Shown: in pieces, positions 63,484 through 64,000 of the stretch | How positions within the stretch are numbered: the first letter of the stretch is position 1 | How the letters are laid out: each line of letters starts with the position of its first letter | Assembly: GCA_964012805.1 (NCBI GenBank) | Contig: CAXGUD010000017.1 | Coordinates: 1 to 64,000 of the forward strand | Length of the DNA: 64,000 nucleotides | Direction: 5' to 3' | From: an uncultured Bacteriovoracaceae bacterium | GTDB lineage: Bacteria; Bdellovibrionota; Bacteriovoracia; Bacteriovoracales; Bacteriovoracaceae | Notes under the pieces: generated by a model | What the model was told of the DNA's origin: nothing | The model's database searches: none | Seen by the model: only the letters and a program-made list of their open reading frames with translations | Made by a program: the position numbers and the translations under genes

Positions 63484-64000
63484 ATTCTATTCTTTAGCCT
63501 TAACCTGTTTTATTATTCTCTTTTCTAAAAATTTGATTTGTAGTGAGGACCCAAAGGAAAAACAAAAAACTTTGGGTATCTTAGAAACATACGTCCAACT
63601 TTCAAAAACAAATAAAAGCAAAGCTAAAGAAACTCTTAACAAATTGAAAAAAAAGCCCGTTATAAATTTAAATGATATTGAGAGTATAAATCTTCATTCA
63701 ACTTATCTAAGATCTCTTTTTTTCTTTTCAAAAAATAACTTTCTTAACTTAATTTCTAATAACCAATGCAATTTTTTTTCTCTTTTAGAGAATAAACTTC
63801 TAGGAAGAAATTTAAAGCTGAGTAGCTTGGTTCCTATCATCATTAAAAAAAAAGATGGAGGTAAAGAAAGCGGAACGATTTCATTAAGTGAGATCATTGA
63901 CTTTATCTATAAACAGAAATGTCCCAAGCAAAAAGAAAATTCCACCCTTTTTTCAAAAAAGCACTTTGAAAAAACTTTTAGTAAATTTAATTTTGAAGTA
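63464..64000 (+). CDS. Hypothetical secreted protein, truncated by the window end (absent from the ORF track)
   Basis: Stop-free frame from TTG 63464 to the window end: (M)QGRWTKFYSLALTCFIILFSKNLICSEDPKEKQKTLG..., signal-peptide-like start; exact start uncertain. Confidence 0.6.
   Translation, partial: MQGRWTKFYSLALTCFIILFSKNLICSEDPKEKQKTLGILETYVQLSKTNKSKAKETLNKLKKKPVINLNDIESINLHSTYLRSLFFFSKNNFLNLISNNQCNFFSLLENKLLGRNLKLSSLVPIIIKKKDGGKESGTISLSEIIDFIYKQKCPKQKENSTLFSKKHFEKTFSKFNFEV

Noticed and set aside
63703..63897. 64-aa minus-strand ORF at the window end
   Set aside because: Overlaps a longer plus-strand open frame that has a signal peptide

Overview
Core chromosomal window from an AT-rich bacterium. 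Gene content suggests Bdellovibrionota, probably a Bacteriovorax/Halobacteriovorax-like predator; this is an inference, not a database result. Most of the window is housekeeping: rpmA-obgE-rsfS-rlmH, initiator tRNA-fMet, scpA-scpB-rluB, a DegT-trmB-dnaG-rpoD operon, a SWIM/SNF2 helicase, metF-metH, psd, htrA, a yejABE-like peptide ABC transporter, groES-groEL, polA, trxA, gmhA, an addAB-like pair, hslO and a fadF-like gene. The standout locus is a compact 10-kb Agl-Glt (adventurous-gliding-type) trans-envelope machine at 43201-53317, where a TolQ/ExbD/ExbD motor converges on a beta-barrel-gltC-gltD-gltE-gltF-gltG operon. The intergenic DNA also shows a complete sigma54 architecture (inverted repeat, IHF-like site, -24/-12) driving two unannotated HTH-like proteins and an FAD oxidoreductase, plus several sigma28 (FliA)-like promoters in front of small hypothetical genes. 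Protein-level oddities are an ScpB with a long acidic tail, an AddAB pair in which both subunits carry a 4-Cys Fe-S-like staple, a PolA with a degenerate proofreading domain, and an alkaline-phosphatase-fold lipoprotein lacking its metal ligands. I saw no CRISPR array, rRNA, IS, integrase or prophage.
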